Source: Amphiscolops sp. MND2022 (taxonomy: Eukaryota). From it: 64,000 bases of DNA. A program made the translations under genes and the position numbers. Positions 51,801 to 64,000 of the stretch are shown here, one piece after another; within the stretch, counting starts at the first letter, position 1; each line of letters opens with the position of its first letter. The notes under the pieces are model-generated. The model was not told the DNA's origin and did no database searches. It saw only the letters and a program-made list of their open reading frames with translations. The stretch is from positions 53,384,001-53,448,000 of the forward strand of contig OZ076409.1 of NCBI GenBank assembly GCA_964187785.1, written 5' to 3'.

Positions 51801-52502
51801 TATTGGGCCAACGTGCGCATTGATTCATCAAGTTCGTCAAAAGTCTGTTTTTCTATTTTTCAGAGAAATTGTCATGACTAATTTTGCCAAGATGATGGAA
51901 AGGACAACCATTTCAAACAATTTCCGTAATGAGTTCCTCAGCGAATGCATCTTATTCTCTGATAATTCCTTGGTAAAATGTTCATTAACGATGGAACTGG
52001 GTAATAATTTCCCTCGAATGGACTGCTAAAATTAGTACATCCATCACCAGTGCGTGCTCTCAGGAGAACGTGGATACTTTTTGTAAATTATTCTGACATT
52101 CTCAAGCAATTGAATGCACGTCTAATCTTGCTAAAACCGGTGCTGCAAAGTTATCCAACCAATTTTATGATTAGCAACCTCGCTAGGATCACTTTTAATC
52201 AAGAAGGAAATTGATATGCACTTGAGGGAAGTACAGACGATTTTATTGAAACCAATAATTCCTCTGCTGCTATATATACTACCAAAAGCGAGGACAACTT
52301 TCCATCGAAATTGTGAAATTGGTTTTCATTTATGAGAAGATTAATATATTTCTGCTTATCCTGAAATAATGTACAAGTAGCTTTGCTAATTCAGATCAAC
52401 TGCAATTTTTCAATTCTTTCAAAGAAGTAATGAATGTTGATCGCATTTGGTAGCGTTGGAAACGCCCTGTCTCTTGATACCGGTAAACGCTCCTCCCAAT
52501 TC
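47898..52502 (+). repeat. Tandem duplication with a 2303-bp period, creating a third LTR copy (50416-51132)
   Basis: 47898-50199 is repeated at 50201-52502; ORF-track pairs are offset by 2303; at least two substitutions differ. Confidence 0.95.
48830..49333 (+). mobile_element. 3' part of the HINE family A copy split by the LTR element (duplicated at 51133-51636)
   Basis: Starts TTTCTTTTTTTAAGACCAACGAAGTGAC, as in the interior of 42113-42473; ends with subTIR and stem-loop; contains B-box GGTTCGAGAC. Confidence 0.75.
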
Positions 52503-54686
52503 AGTTTCAGAACTGCGGCAACTTGGCATGAAAAAAGACTTTCAATTGCTTCAAACAAACTGGGTTTCCTTTTGGTATTATTCGATGTTCCACATTTATT
52601 TTTAATGGAGAAAAAGTGAAGTGGATTCAAAATCAGGATTGTAAAAGAAGCCGAAACTGCAGATTTCACTTAAAATAAAGACAATAAAATAAAGACTGAT
52701 ATAATCGACCAAATTTGGTAGTCGAGCTCAAACTGTCTCACGTAAGAATTACGAACCAATTGTGATTGTAATGTGTCGGTTACGAACCAATTGCAATTGC
52801 TCATAAACGAAAAATATCATTGCGTTAATCAACACTTTCTTTTGGCTCAGAACTTGATAAAGAACTCAGCAATTTTTCAAAAACTTTCAGCACAAAAAAT
52901 TGAGGCGTCACTCTGAAACAGTAATAATACCGGTTTTTCTTTTTCTATTGTCAAACAAAACATCTCATCTTTCCGCATTTTCTTTGAAGTTCCCTTTCCT
53001 CCTTAACCTCCATTTTTCACACCTTTCAAAATAATCTCGATTAACCATGCTTTTAATACCGGCATTTCAAACCTTTTCATCGAAACAGGATATCGCCAAT
53101 TTGCTAGAGGAAATTTTTCCTCCTCGAAAAAAAAATTTATTAAAATAATAAAAAGCCGATAAATAAAAAGAGGCGAGCTTTCTTGTGGTTTTTTGTTTTT
53201 CTTGTCGCCTTTTCAATTTGTCCATTTCCCGCCAATTTTGGTAGCAATTTCGGTGTGAACAAATGCTTTAAATCCATTGTAAACAGCGCTGGTTCCTTCA
53301 GCTAAATCCCTGCCGAAAGTAACAGTATTTAAAGCAGAATAGATTACAAAACCGGCTCTAGTTGTGACTATTGAAAGATTGTCCAGATTTGTTGCCATTC
53401 CAGTGTTCCAGATTGGCTGTTTACCAGTGTTCCATTCTCTGGCAATAGCTGTCAGTTCAATCGTGTCCAAAGCTATCAGCCAAGTAATACTCAAAGACCA
53501 CTCAAATCCTCAATACTGGACTACTGTATTGTCCCAATTTTGAACTGGTCCCAAATTTTGGAAGCCAACCGGCCGGAAATCCCGAGCCTACTTTTCCATC
53601 AGCCATTATTTGCAATCCAATTTGCATATAACGATTGCATTTCATTTACCCGGGTCCTTTGCCAACGTCGATTACACACAAGTATGTTAACTCAACTTGA
53701 AATGAATTATTTTGTTACCTAAGGCTTGAATCATTCGTTTCTGCGACCTGTTAGAGCTCTAACTCAAAAGTTGTGTCTTTGAATATGTGACCGATTTATT
53801 AATTTCCCATTCTAGATTCCAATATAAAGTTTTAATTCCTGATCAGTACTGACTTCAAAAGCTGAAAGCTTAGGAAGTTATGAACCAAATTCGGGACCAG
53901 TTGGCAGCTCGGAATCTCAAGGTCAGTTTTCATTTCTTCACTTCTCGTTGTTTGGTTTAATTATAGTCTAAAAAGTCAACGTGACAGATGAGTCAATTCT
54001 GACAGAGTTCAGAGTCCAAAATCATTGTTGTTTATTACAAAACGACATTTTAACATTTTTCTGCGCAAGTTGCTAAACTGTCATCTCGAACAATTTTGAA
54101 ATGGTTGAATTCAGTAACACTAAAGGATTTCGTTACGAATTAGGAGACACATGTTATCGCAATTGGAATCCATTCAATGTAAATTTTATGAAGTTTCACG
54201 ACTGTTCATTCATCGGTGCAAATGTTTTCCATCTAAAAACTTTAACTTTGCTTCTAAACAAAAGACTGCTCTGACTGTCTTTTTTATTTTCCAAATTTTT
54301 ATTCAAAAATATTCGATATTCATCAAAAAGCATCGAGGTCTGCGCTAAAATCTAAGTCAAAACCCTTGGAGTTAAATTCTCTCAAAATAGATTAACATTA
54401 CATCTACGTGGAATACGGTGATATACACCCAGTGTAAAAACTCTTGGATTTCTTACCAAGATCTTGGATTCTCCTACAAAATCCTGCTACCTCTTGAATT
54501 TCTTGATAAGATCTTGGAAACTCTTACTTCTTCCAAAAAATCTTGAATTTCTTGACAAGAATCTTGCCAAGATTCTTATCAAGAAATCCGGGAGTTGAAA
54601 ATTTCGTTTATTTCAAAATTCAGTGCGGTGTCTCAAATTGATGAATTTGCGTCAAAATAAGACATGTTTTCAGTAATTTTGGGCTA

Positions 54687-57333
54687 TGTTATGGAAAAAT
54701 CTACAAAATTTACCTTTTCTCAGCTTATTTACGGCCAATTTCAAAGGCCAATTGTCTGCAATTACCAATTCGGGCAACTTTTCAATCTTATATGATCAAT
54801 TTAATCAACTGCAGTGTCTGATTTCGTTCGGTTTACGTCAGTCATAAAGCTGAATGATCTTTACCAACTGAAACTGTATGATATTATATTCGTTTGCATC
54901 CTCGTTGACAAACTATGTTTATTAGATAATATTCGTCTTTGAAACATTTGATACAAAATTGCGATAAATAAAAGTCAAATTAGAACATGGCGCCGTCAGT
55001 CACTTTTTGCAACTACTTATGCTTTTTTAACCTCCAAAAGCGACTGAAAATGACTCCAAAAGGGACCAAAATGACTCCGAAACAGGGGCTGGAAAGATTC
55101 CGACAGTACAGGAAACGTAAGTACAAAATGGAAATTCCCAACTACTAAAAGGTAATGAAATAACAAAAGACAGTTGGTCCGAAAACGAAGAAGAGATTTG
55201 AAGATTTCCTGCGGGAAAATTGTAAGAAAGCATTATATGAGATTATACAGCAAAAAAAGAACTGAAGGGAACAACAGTCAAGCATCTGATTCAATTATTT
55301 AACGAAAACTTCTTTCCGAGGAGAAACACATAACATAACCATGGACTATCAATTTCGACGAAACTAACGGAATCCGGAACACCAGAAACCTTCTGGGGGA
55401 ACTTGATTGAAATCGAGAAAGAAACAATTTACAAAACATCAGAACCAAGACATGAGTGATTTCAAAATTCATGACAAAAATACGGACAAAAACAAAAGCA
55501 ACAATGGATAGCGACAAAAAAGGAATGGAAGGAAACAATCAGATTGATTAAACAAAATACATATGAAGAGAAAAACAGCAAAAACGCTACCAGACGCGTT
55601 AATAGGGAAGCGAGAAAACGAAAGAAAAGAAGCACCAAGGCAAAAAATAGACAAATTTTAGACGAAATCACAAAAAAAATTTCACGCGCATCGGACCGTG
55701 CACAGAACTGGAACACAACGTATAACTAACCATTTTTAAACCAATCACATAACTGCAGGAAGGGCTACTCCGTTTCAGGTTGCAGACAAACCGAAATTTA
55801 CAGATTAAAAATGCAACATGGTACCCACGAATGAAACAACAACCATTGGAACTAAAGCAGACGAATTAGAATCAAGCATTTACAGATTTGAGAAAATCAA
55901 AAACAATTTAGACGGAAACAAGCATTTGTCAACGACATTGAAGTTTGGGGCAATAGATAAAAAATCCATAAATGATAATGGATCGCCGTTTTCTACCTTG
56001 TCGACTACTTCATGAAAGTTATCGAAAGGCAGAAAACCGGTTTCAGGATGTGAATAAACCGCAGTAAAACTCAGAGTCAAAGAACTGGTGAACAACGTGT
56101 ATGAAAACAACAACCAAAAGATGCAATTGATGTCACAAAACGACGTGACACAACACCTTTACTCAGAACGGACTCACTAAACAATTCACACTAAGAGAAG
56201 GAAACACCTGATTGGACGAGATCAACCAATCGTAGAAGAAGAAAGTAATTGTCCAATCTCCGGATCTGTTCAAGAACAATGCAACAACGTACCACGTTGA
56301 GATGAATACACAATTTACACCGGGACAAAATCCAGTAAAACAAAAGACAAGACCGACTTCGTCGTCTTTGCAAGGATTTCTTTATTTGCGAAAATTATTG
56401 AAATCTGGATACTTGAAAATTAAATAGAATACAGGGATGAAGATTTCATGACAACACTTAATAACAACTGTATTTAAAGTCAGATCACACATACCAACGT
56501 TGGGATATTACCGAAAGGAAGTTCGGTAAAAAATACCAAAGACAAAACAAGAGGACTCATGAGATCGAAAACGGATTTAGGCTACGCATAACACCAATTT
56601 TGACGCATTGTACGAAGCCACCCTACAAAGCGTATTTGCAGTTATCGGTGGAAACTCCTGCGGATATTACCGATTCGAAAATGAGTTTTCTGTTTATCCG
56701 AAACCTATATAATATTCCAGGCAACACCAGAACCAACCTGACTGAGCACGAGAACATTGCACAAGAGATGCTTGGACGATAATTCGGCTGCTGTAACTCA
56801 AATGTAAGACAGAGCAGATCACAAAAATATTGTTCACTGAAAATTAGAGAAAACCACATACCGGGAAAAGGGAAAGCAGATCTGAATTCTTCATAAACAA
56901 ATCCATTTTGCTGCGTTATGTGATAGAGGGAAACAAAATCAAACAAGACAAAGAAAAGTAAAACAAATACTTATCTTGAAGTCTGAAACAACCAGAAGGC
57001 CCTTTGGGAGCAATACAATATGTTGCCAATTTCCACCTGAGTCTCTCGGAAAGGAAGGAATTGAATGCGAAAACTGTTGGAAGAAAAGACGAACTGGAAA
57101 TGTCGATAAAAACAAGGAAGCTATTTCTGTAACGACTGCTTGCCCCCTTATCTTGCGCGATCCGTTGCTTAGTACTGTGGACCGTTACTAAACGAATCCT
57201 GGTTTTCTTGTTTTAAAGGACTGTATCTTTAGACTGATGGATCCGATGTGAGCCGCAGGTTCTACTGCGATTCGTCTTTGCACTTCGATGTGATCCGTCA
57301 CACACTTCCCTTACTGTATCTTCACGCGGTCCG
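54687..57333 (+). mobile_element. Possible heavily decayed gypsy-type LTR element running into the gap
   Basis: TGTT...AATAAA...AGAACA followed by PBS-like TGGCGCCGTC (54988), then A-rich coding-like sequence with no recognisable motif. Confidence 0.3.
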
Positions 57334-57533
57334 NNNNNNNNNNNNNNNNNNNNNNNNNNNNNNNNNNNNNNNNNNNNNNNNNNNNNNNNNNNNNNNNNNN
57401 NNNNNNNNNNNNNNNNNNNNNNNNNNNNNNNNNNNNNNNNNNNNNNNNNNNNNNNNNNNNNNNNNNNNNNNNNNNNNNNNNNNNNNNNNNNNNNNNNNNN
57501 NNNNNNNNNNNNNNNNNNNNNNNNNNNNNNNNN
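57334..57533. other. Assembly gap (200 N)
   Basis: Run of exactly 200 N; the round size suggests a scaffolding placeholder. Confidence 0.99.
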
Positions 57534-58329
57534 CTGATATTATAGGTGGTGCTAATATTTAATAATAACCAAGTGCTTATCACTTGGTGCTATAATTTTT
57601 TTAGAAGAAAGGATTCGTGAATAATGAAAAAGTTACGACAGCGACGAATCCAAACGGTTTATTTAATTCCTTGACATTGTTATTGCTCAAATGGTATCCT
57701 CAGCCCCTTCCGAAGCGTTTTATTCACTATGCAGATACTTTGCTGGAACAAACTGATATAAATTTTTGTTTGTATATGTTTCGCAGAATCGTTTCTCAAA
57801 AACTCTAAGGTCGGATCATAAACCCTCTGGTCGAGTACAGTTACGTAACTTCCCTACTTTCGAAATGTTGAATAGCATAGACTGACCTTCTATATGAATT
57901 TTTACTTCAGTATATGAAAGAAGTTAGATTAATGTAATTACAATATAATACAGCGCAACATTACTCAATGATTCGTACAAATAGCAAGTGACAATATAAT
58001 TACCAAATTTGCCATCCGTAGTCATTCAGATTTGCCTTAGTTCATAATAAAAGATCAACAATTCCAATTACTGAACCTAAAGGTGTAAAAAAAAAGTTTA
58101 CTATGAATTAACAGGAATTGAAATAAACTACTTGAACATGTGAATACCCGACGGGAGCCATGTCTCATGTATCTGGGTACTCCTTGTCACCCTTATGTAG
58201 CGAGAGACCCCCAATGGACGTACCGAAGATTTGGCGTTCTCTGACGACCCTCTGAAACATTCATTATTTTCAAATTGAAACCCAACCCAGTCTATTGAAC
58301 TTTTAAATAAAACATTTGGCTAATATAAA

Positions 58330-58400
58330 CACTTACATATGTATTGTATATTGTCCAACATAGACCTACTGTTGGACAAAATACAATACATTTGTAAGTG
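58330..58400. repeat. Near-perfect 71-nt hairpin
   Basis: 31-bp arms with two mismatches and a 9-nt loop. Confidence 0.85.
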
Positions 58401-59053
58401 ATTATTTTATGAATTCAAGATGTAAATTAGTCAAATTAGTGTACATGTATACCAGGTAAAGTGAATAGTGTGAAACAGTCAAACTAATTATCGACTGCAA
58501 TTACAATGTAAAGCGTTTTTGTTAAAAAAGAAAGCAATAGGGTGTATCGTTTGTTTGGTGTAAAGTAGTCAAACTTTGATCACTTTCCCCGTTTTCAATG
58601 AATGATATTTCAAAGTACTCGAAACGTGAATTCTAGTCAAAGATTGACTAATTTACACTTCATTCACTTTACGGATGAGTTAATTGTAGGCTGAACATTG
58701 TTGACTGATTTCCACGTTTCTCCAATTACGCTCAATGACCACAATCCGCAATTTTTGATTACACTGTGCATCACAATCCGCGATGAACACGATGTACTGT
58801 TTGACTAGAATACGGTTCGCCCTCGTTTTACGGAAAATACACTTTACACTTGATAATAAATTCCAGTTTTGCGGCATATGTATCGTGATGGAAATTCGCT
58901 GAAACACTGGTGGATATACCTGTTAGTAACTACTGTTATCCTCCAGGTCACTGCAGCTAAGTTGCCTTGTTTGATAACAGTTAATAGAAAACAAAATTAA
59001 ACCCCTATTTGTTTTGTTCGCAACATGGCGCTAAGAGATCAAAATAGAAAATC

Positions 59054-60300
59054 AACAAGCCGGGAACGGCAAAACTCGGCCCTCGCTAAAATAGAGCAAA
59101 AGTACCTCAAAGCATCAAAGATTCTCTCTCGAATAAATTCTCTTTCCACAGTATCGAAAAAATACTACGTCAAAACTTTGCAAAATAAATATTGTTTCCG
59201 TTTCGAACCTCCACCTCCTCTACTTTGTCGTGAACAGCATACCTTCATTTGAAAGTAATTTTTGACAGCCTAAATTCCTAATTTCTTCTCGATTTAGGGC
59301 GCAACGTTGTCTTTGTCGCAATCTGAATCGATTTATCACTTCTTATTACACCATTAAGTAGGTATATAAACCATACAGATTACATTCGTTATTAGTTTTT
59401 ATTTTGAGTAAATTACCCGGCGGCTATACATTGTGTCTTTCTCAATCTTGTACCATATATATGTCAGTTTGACAACTGAACAAATCAACTGCTCCGCATA
59501 CACCGTTTTGCCGTGGTGATATCTCAGCAAAAATTTCAAATTTGTGAAGCAGTGATTATTTAAACGCTTTTCAATATGGTTCAAAATATGCACGATTATG
59601 CCTATTTTGAACAATATTGAAAGCCAAACTGAATATGAAGAAAAATGAGCTCTTTCACAAGCTGTTATAATTGCAAATATCTTTTATGCAATGTTGAACT
59701 TTTTTTGCCAATTAGCGCTTTTAGGACGCGAACAATGAATGCCTCAATGAATCGATTCTCTCAAAATTTGTAATTCAGGAGACATTGCCGAAAAATTCAT
59801 AGTTGCCTAATTGTACAAGTTGAATCGCAAATCGCAGTTTGTCAATATACAGTGTTCAATGGGAAAAGAGGAGAATTTTGTCATGGATGCCACCAACGAT
59901 TATGAAGATTGTTGGCAGAGTAGTGCTACAAATCATGTTATCTAGGTGTTCAATTGCGAAAAAAATTCAACAGTGAAGCGAATACTTCTCTATTTCTTAG
60001 CATCACCAGGGCTGAATTCAACTTTGGTGATGCTAAGAAACAGAGAAGTATTCGCTTCACTGTTGAATTCTTTCCGCAATTGAACACCAGCATAACATGA
60101 TTTGCGGCAATACTCTACCAACAATCTTCATCATCGTTGGTGGCATTTTCACTAACATTTTGTCAGTTACTAACAATTTGAAGGACTTTTGAATATTTAT
60201 TCGGCTCTGTTCATGTAGATTGAAAAATTTGTTTTAGAAAACCCACGAAAAGCCACTGTAATACTCGCGCTATTCATTTTCAATAAGGCGCCGACTAAAA
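59054..60300 (-). mobile_element. Enlarged HINE family A copy carrying extra sequence
   Basis: AACAAGCCGGGAACGGC end at 59054 and GGCGCCGACTAAAA end at 60287-60300; the interior is unlike other copies. Confidence 0.6.
59887..60146. repeat. 260-bp palindrome (foldback/MITE-like)
   Basis: Inverted arms of about 125 bp centred near 60017, with scattered mismatches. Confidence 0.9.
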
Positions 60301-62924
60301 ATAGAGAAAACAGAACTATGTGTGATTCCTACAGAATTCTGTGTATGATTCGGCATTGTTTGATGTTCAAAAAAACATGAATGTTGAAAAAGCTCGAAGG
60401 CTTTCTAGATGCTTATCGTACAAAAATCTTGGGTTTCCAAGTTGATTACCCGGCGTCTCCGTGCAAACTTTGGGATATTTTAAACGCTGCGTCAACATTG
60501 GTCAATGTGTACATTTTAAATCTTTAAAGCGCCGTATGCAGTTATCGTATAGTAAAAGCCAGCTGAAAACGGCCCAAGTCAGCGCCCCGTTTAGGGCACA
60601 GAAAGCGCAACAAATAACTTTTAAAACCGTTTTCGAGCTACTGAAGGTTTTTGTTTTCCTGAAAATAGCAAAGTCAAAAGGGCTAAAATTTGAAAATAAA
60701 TCACAAATTCTTACGAGGGACATTTTGCTCCCTTCAAGCATTGTAATATGGTCCTTGATAAACTTTACACCATGACGATATGTAACTACTAGCAAAGGTG
60801 AGCAAATTCAACAAAAAATCTGGAATGTGAGACTAAAAAAAAAAGAGACAAAAACTGATAGACGTAACAGATCTTAGAAGAGCCTGCTCAGTTAGTTGAG
60901 AAATTGCCAATAAAGACATTGTACTTATACTATTGCTTCTTAGGCATTATCCCGAGGCCTGGAAATCCGTGTTACCTGCTAGGCAAAAAGGTGATAGCAA
61001 AATAACTACACATTATAGCAAGACAATCACTATGAGTTCAAATATGGGTTTTGTTCATACAGTAGGCAGATCATTGTGACGCTGACAACAAGAAACTAGT
61101 CTCTCTAATAGTCGCATCTTTTCCCTGAAGCAAAAAGCACTGATTAAAAAATGACAGTGTGTACTGATACGCAATTCATAATGGAAAAGGAACCGTCTGG
61201 GTAGCCCATATTGTAGCTAGGCCATTTCTAAAAAAAGTTAGGTTGTCATATACGGCGCAATCTGCGTATCTTCCTAAGAGTGTCAATAGGTATAGTCCAT
61301 AAAACTAAGTATCGAAGTGAAACAACTTGCACTTTACAATAATGTCAGACATACATAGCTTGTGGTATTGTAGAAATCTGGTAAAGAATTGCATGTCACG
61401 TAATTGCTAAGATAGGCTTCCTTTTCCACCATTACACTTATCACAGATTGGATGACTTCCGATTCTCTTTTGAGTCAACAGCATCCTAGGAGTCACAACA
61501 CCAGGCTTTTTGAAAGGGGAGAGCTCACTTTCATTCTAATGGAGCTCGTGTTGTCTGAATATGCAGCTGGTGCAGATCCTTCTGTAGTGTCAAACATCAG
61601 TGTGTTGAAAAAAAACTATTTTCAACGTGTAACATTCGCTGCTAGTGCTTAAGCTGTTTCTGAGGTTTGTGACATTTGTATGCTTGTTTCATGTTTTTAG
61701 AGCATAATGTTGCATGTGGATTGAAAACTTCCTCGTCGAAAAACTTAAACTTAGTCTCCCTTAAACTATTAGCTTTGATATCTAACCTCGTCTTCAATGG
61801 TACTTGTTTTGTAAACGAAGTGCTCACCTTCTAATTGTTGAAGCTTTGCTTCAAGTTCTACATCGAAGCAAAAGACTTTCAATCATCACATTGTGCCTGA
61901 TATCTGCGTATTCACCTTTTGCACAGTGAGAGAAAAATTTTCACCACACGGACAAGGTGAATCGATGTTTCTCTGTTATCATCCGTTTTGGATGGAATAA
62001 TTTTTCGTGGAATTCTTGCATGACTGAACTGATTTCATATATAAGCATAATTGACTTTTCCAATATGTTTTCCAAACTGAGAACAACTCGAGCTACCGTG
62101 AACTTCTTTGATTGATCCTAGATGATATTGACGGTAATTATGTGTCAGTAATGCATGTTCATTCAAAAACATCTTCCATGTTTACTCTTAAAACTAGATT
62201 TAGTATGATTAAAAATCCATGGTAATAGTCAGTCCTATTAAGTCCTAATAGTTAGCCCTATCAAAAATCCATGCGGAAAACCACGGAGGGTTAACATAGG
62301 TCCAACATATATAAAACTATTGAAAAGCCCACTCCATTTTAAATCCTTTGATCTTCATTGTCGGGAATTCAGAACCTTTTTGGTTGGAAATGTTTGAAAT
62401 TTCACCACGGTTTTTGACAACTGGAAATGTACCAGTCTGGTAATTGATGATACTGTCTCAGATTTGCTTATCGAGTTAATATTTCGCAAAAATACCCGTG
62501 TAGGTTGAAAAGTCCTTATATTCAAGTCTGAAATGATTGGTTTAAAAACGTAGAACGGTAAAAACCAACTAAAAATTTATTTAACTGTGGAATCAGGCAA
62601 ACTAATACAAGTCTTTTCCCTTTACCTTTACCTTTACCAAAAGATGTTCGGTTTTCTTTCATTGTGTAAGTTCGCTTTGATAGTTGAGGCTTCAGCTGCC
62701 AGTGACCATGTCTTGCAATTGTTATTTTTTTGTTAAAAGGTGCTTTGGACAGCGGAGCAATTTGAAACTTTTCGATGGATATTCTGGGTATCGTGATACG
62801 TTAACTCTGAACCTGAATTGAAAGCTGTTTTATGGACTTTATTCAAATCTGATTGTCCTTTACATCAAAAAATCTTGTTACCAGTCGTTTTTCTATATTT
62901 CTTGCTTCTTCCGAACTTCTAACT

Positions 62925-63206
62925 ATGAAATTATTCTCGCTATTTACTTTATTTCTCCAATTCCAAATTTGCCAAACTCGTCGAGTTCACGAAGTCAGCA
63001 AAATGTTGGATTTTCTGGTCGGAGACTCAGAAGGGTCGCCCAAATACGACAAAACCCTGCGACCAAACTTCGGGGGTCCGCCTTTAATAGTGGGTGTCAC
63101 TATCAACGTGGATTCTTTGGGCCCTATTGACGAAGTGAAAATGAACTTCCGGCTGGATCTTTCGTTCCGACAGTTTTGGAAAGATACAAGACTTGATTTC
63201 AGGGAT
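62925..63206 (+). CDS. First coding exon of a GABA-A/glycine-receptor-like Cys-loop subunit (gene 2)
   Basis: Signal-peptide-like MKLFSLFTLFLQFQICQT, then [42 protein letters not shown]. The 3' boundary is uncertain because only a weak GT donor is present. Confidence 0.88.
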
Positions 63207-64000
63207 GTCCAAATTATGATTAAAAGGCTCAAAATTTATGGTTATTGTTAAAATATGGTCATTTATTTGAACTTGAAAACATGACAAAATCAAAAACATT
63301 TGCCAGCACATTTTCCCCTGAATCTGAGAAATGTCTGCACGGAAATTTTCTGCAATGGTTACAACTTGCAAGACCTAAACTCTTTCTAAAGAGAAAAAAT
63401 TTATATTCATTGAAGAAATATAAATTCATAACACTTCTAATTTGGACATACCTTTTTGTACCTTCAGCCAATACCCTGGTCCAGACACTTATGACAGTGA
63501 GTTATAAACATTGATGCATTTAATCAAACTTTAGGATTCAAGACTGGAATGAAATGGAAACCAGTCTCAGTGATGTTGTAAAAGACTGAAAATTCATATC
63601 ATTTTCTCGATTCTTGAGAAAATTCCCGGTAACGATGGGATTTTGAGCCGAAAAGGCGCCGTAAAACCTAACTTGTGCAAAGCGGTGGGGCGGTATCCAT
63701 TTCATCTTCGCGCTCTAAGCTTCCATATTGATACCATAAATTTCCAGAAAAGAGAAGCGTTATTGATGGTGTGCGAAAATGTCATAATCGTTTATTCTAT
63801 TCTGCCGTTCCTCTAAAAGTAATGACAACAGGGTGTTGACGAATAACGACCTTCGCGCAATCAAAATAAAAGAGTTAGATAGCAAGTGTAATTTATGATT
63901 TATGGCAAAATGACATGGTTTGACACTTGAGTTCAATTTGGCACTTTGTTAGCAATTAAGTAATTTATTTCACACCAAAATACTTTTTTTCACACCTGTC

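Noticed and set aside
42524..51840. Recurrent 60-90 aa ORFs (MRYQIS..., MRKKVSQ...)
   Set aside because: Incidental frames in LTR and HINE copies and the tandem duplication; the frames are not preserved between diverged copies.
57248..57583. ORFs containing X runs
   Set aside because: Artefacts of translating through the N gap.
62853..62924. ORF-track start at TTG 62853
   Set aside because: Eukaryotic gene; the ATG at 62925 begins the signal-peptide-like segment.

Overview
AT-rich, repeat-dense animal (invertebrate-type) genomic DNA, not prokaryotic; no rRNA, intact tRNA or CRISPR array was seen. Host coding content is small. Three well-supported exons (24097-24349, 35635-35969, 36346-36515) and one tentative exon (14464-14515) encode the C-terminal half of an anion-type Cys-loop (GABA-A/glycine-receptor-like) channel subunit. 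After a 200-N gap there is a signal-peptide/N-terminal exon of such a subunit (from 62925). The rest is layered mobile DNA: a decayed copia element with an internal 1.8-kb duplication, a piggyBac-type MITE, CACTA-like elements, two Helentron-type (HINE/DINE-1-like) families carrying tRNA-derived Pol III boxes, an internally deleted CR1/L2-type LINE with a Mag-like gypsy nested in it, a non-coding LTR element, and a 2.3-kb tandem duplication. The most unusual object is a very young 8.1-kb LTR element (15486-23576, TSD CATGA). It has 2184-bp LTRs that contain the first 198 codons of gag, an array of GGCC-N6-GGCC dyads in U3, no polypurine tract, and an intact -1 frameshift site into a pol frame that lost PR/RT/RH/IN by an in-frame deletion. 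All calls are by eye from the sequence; no database search was run.
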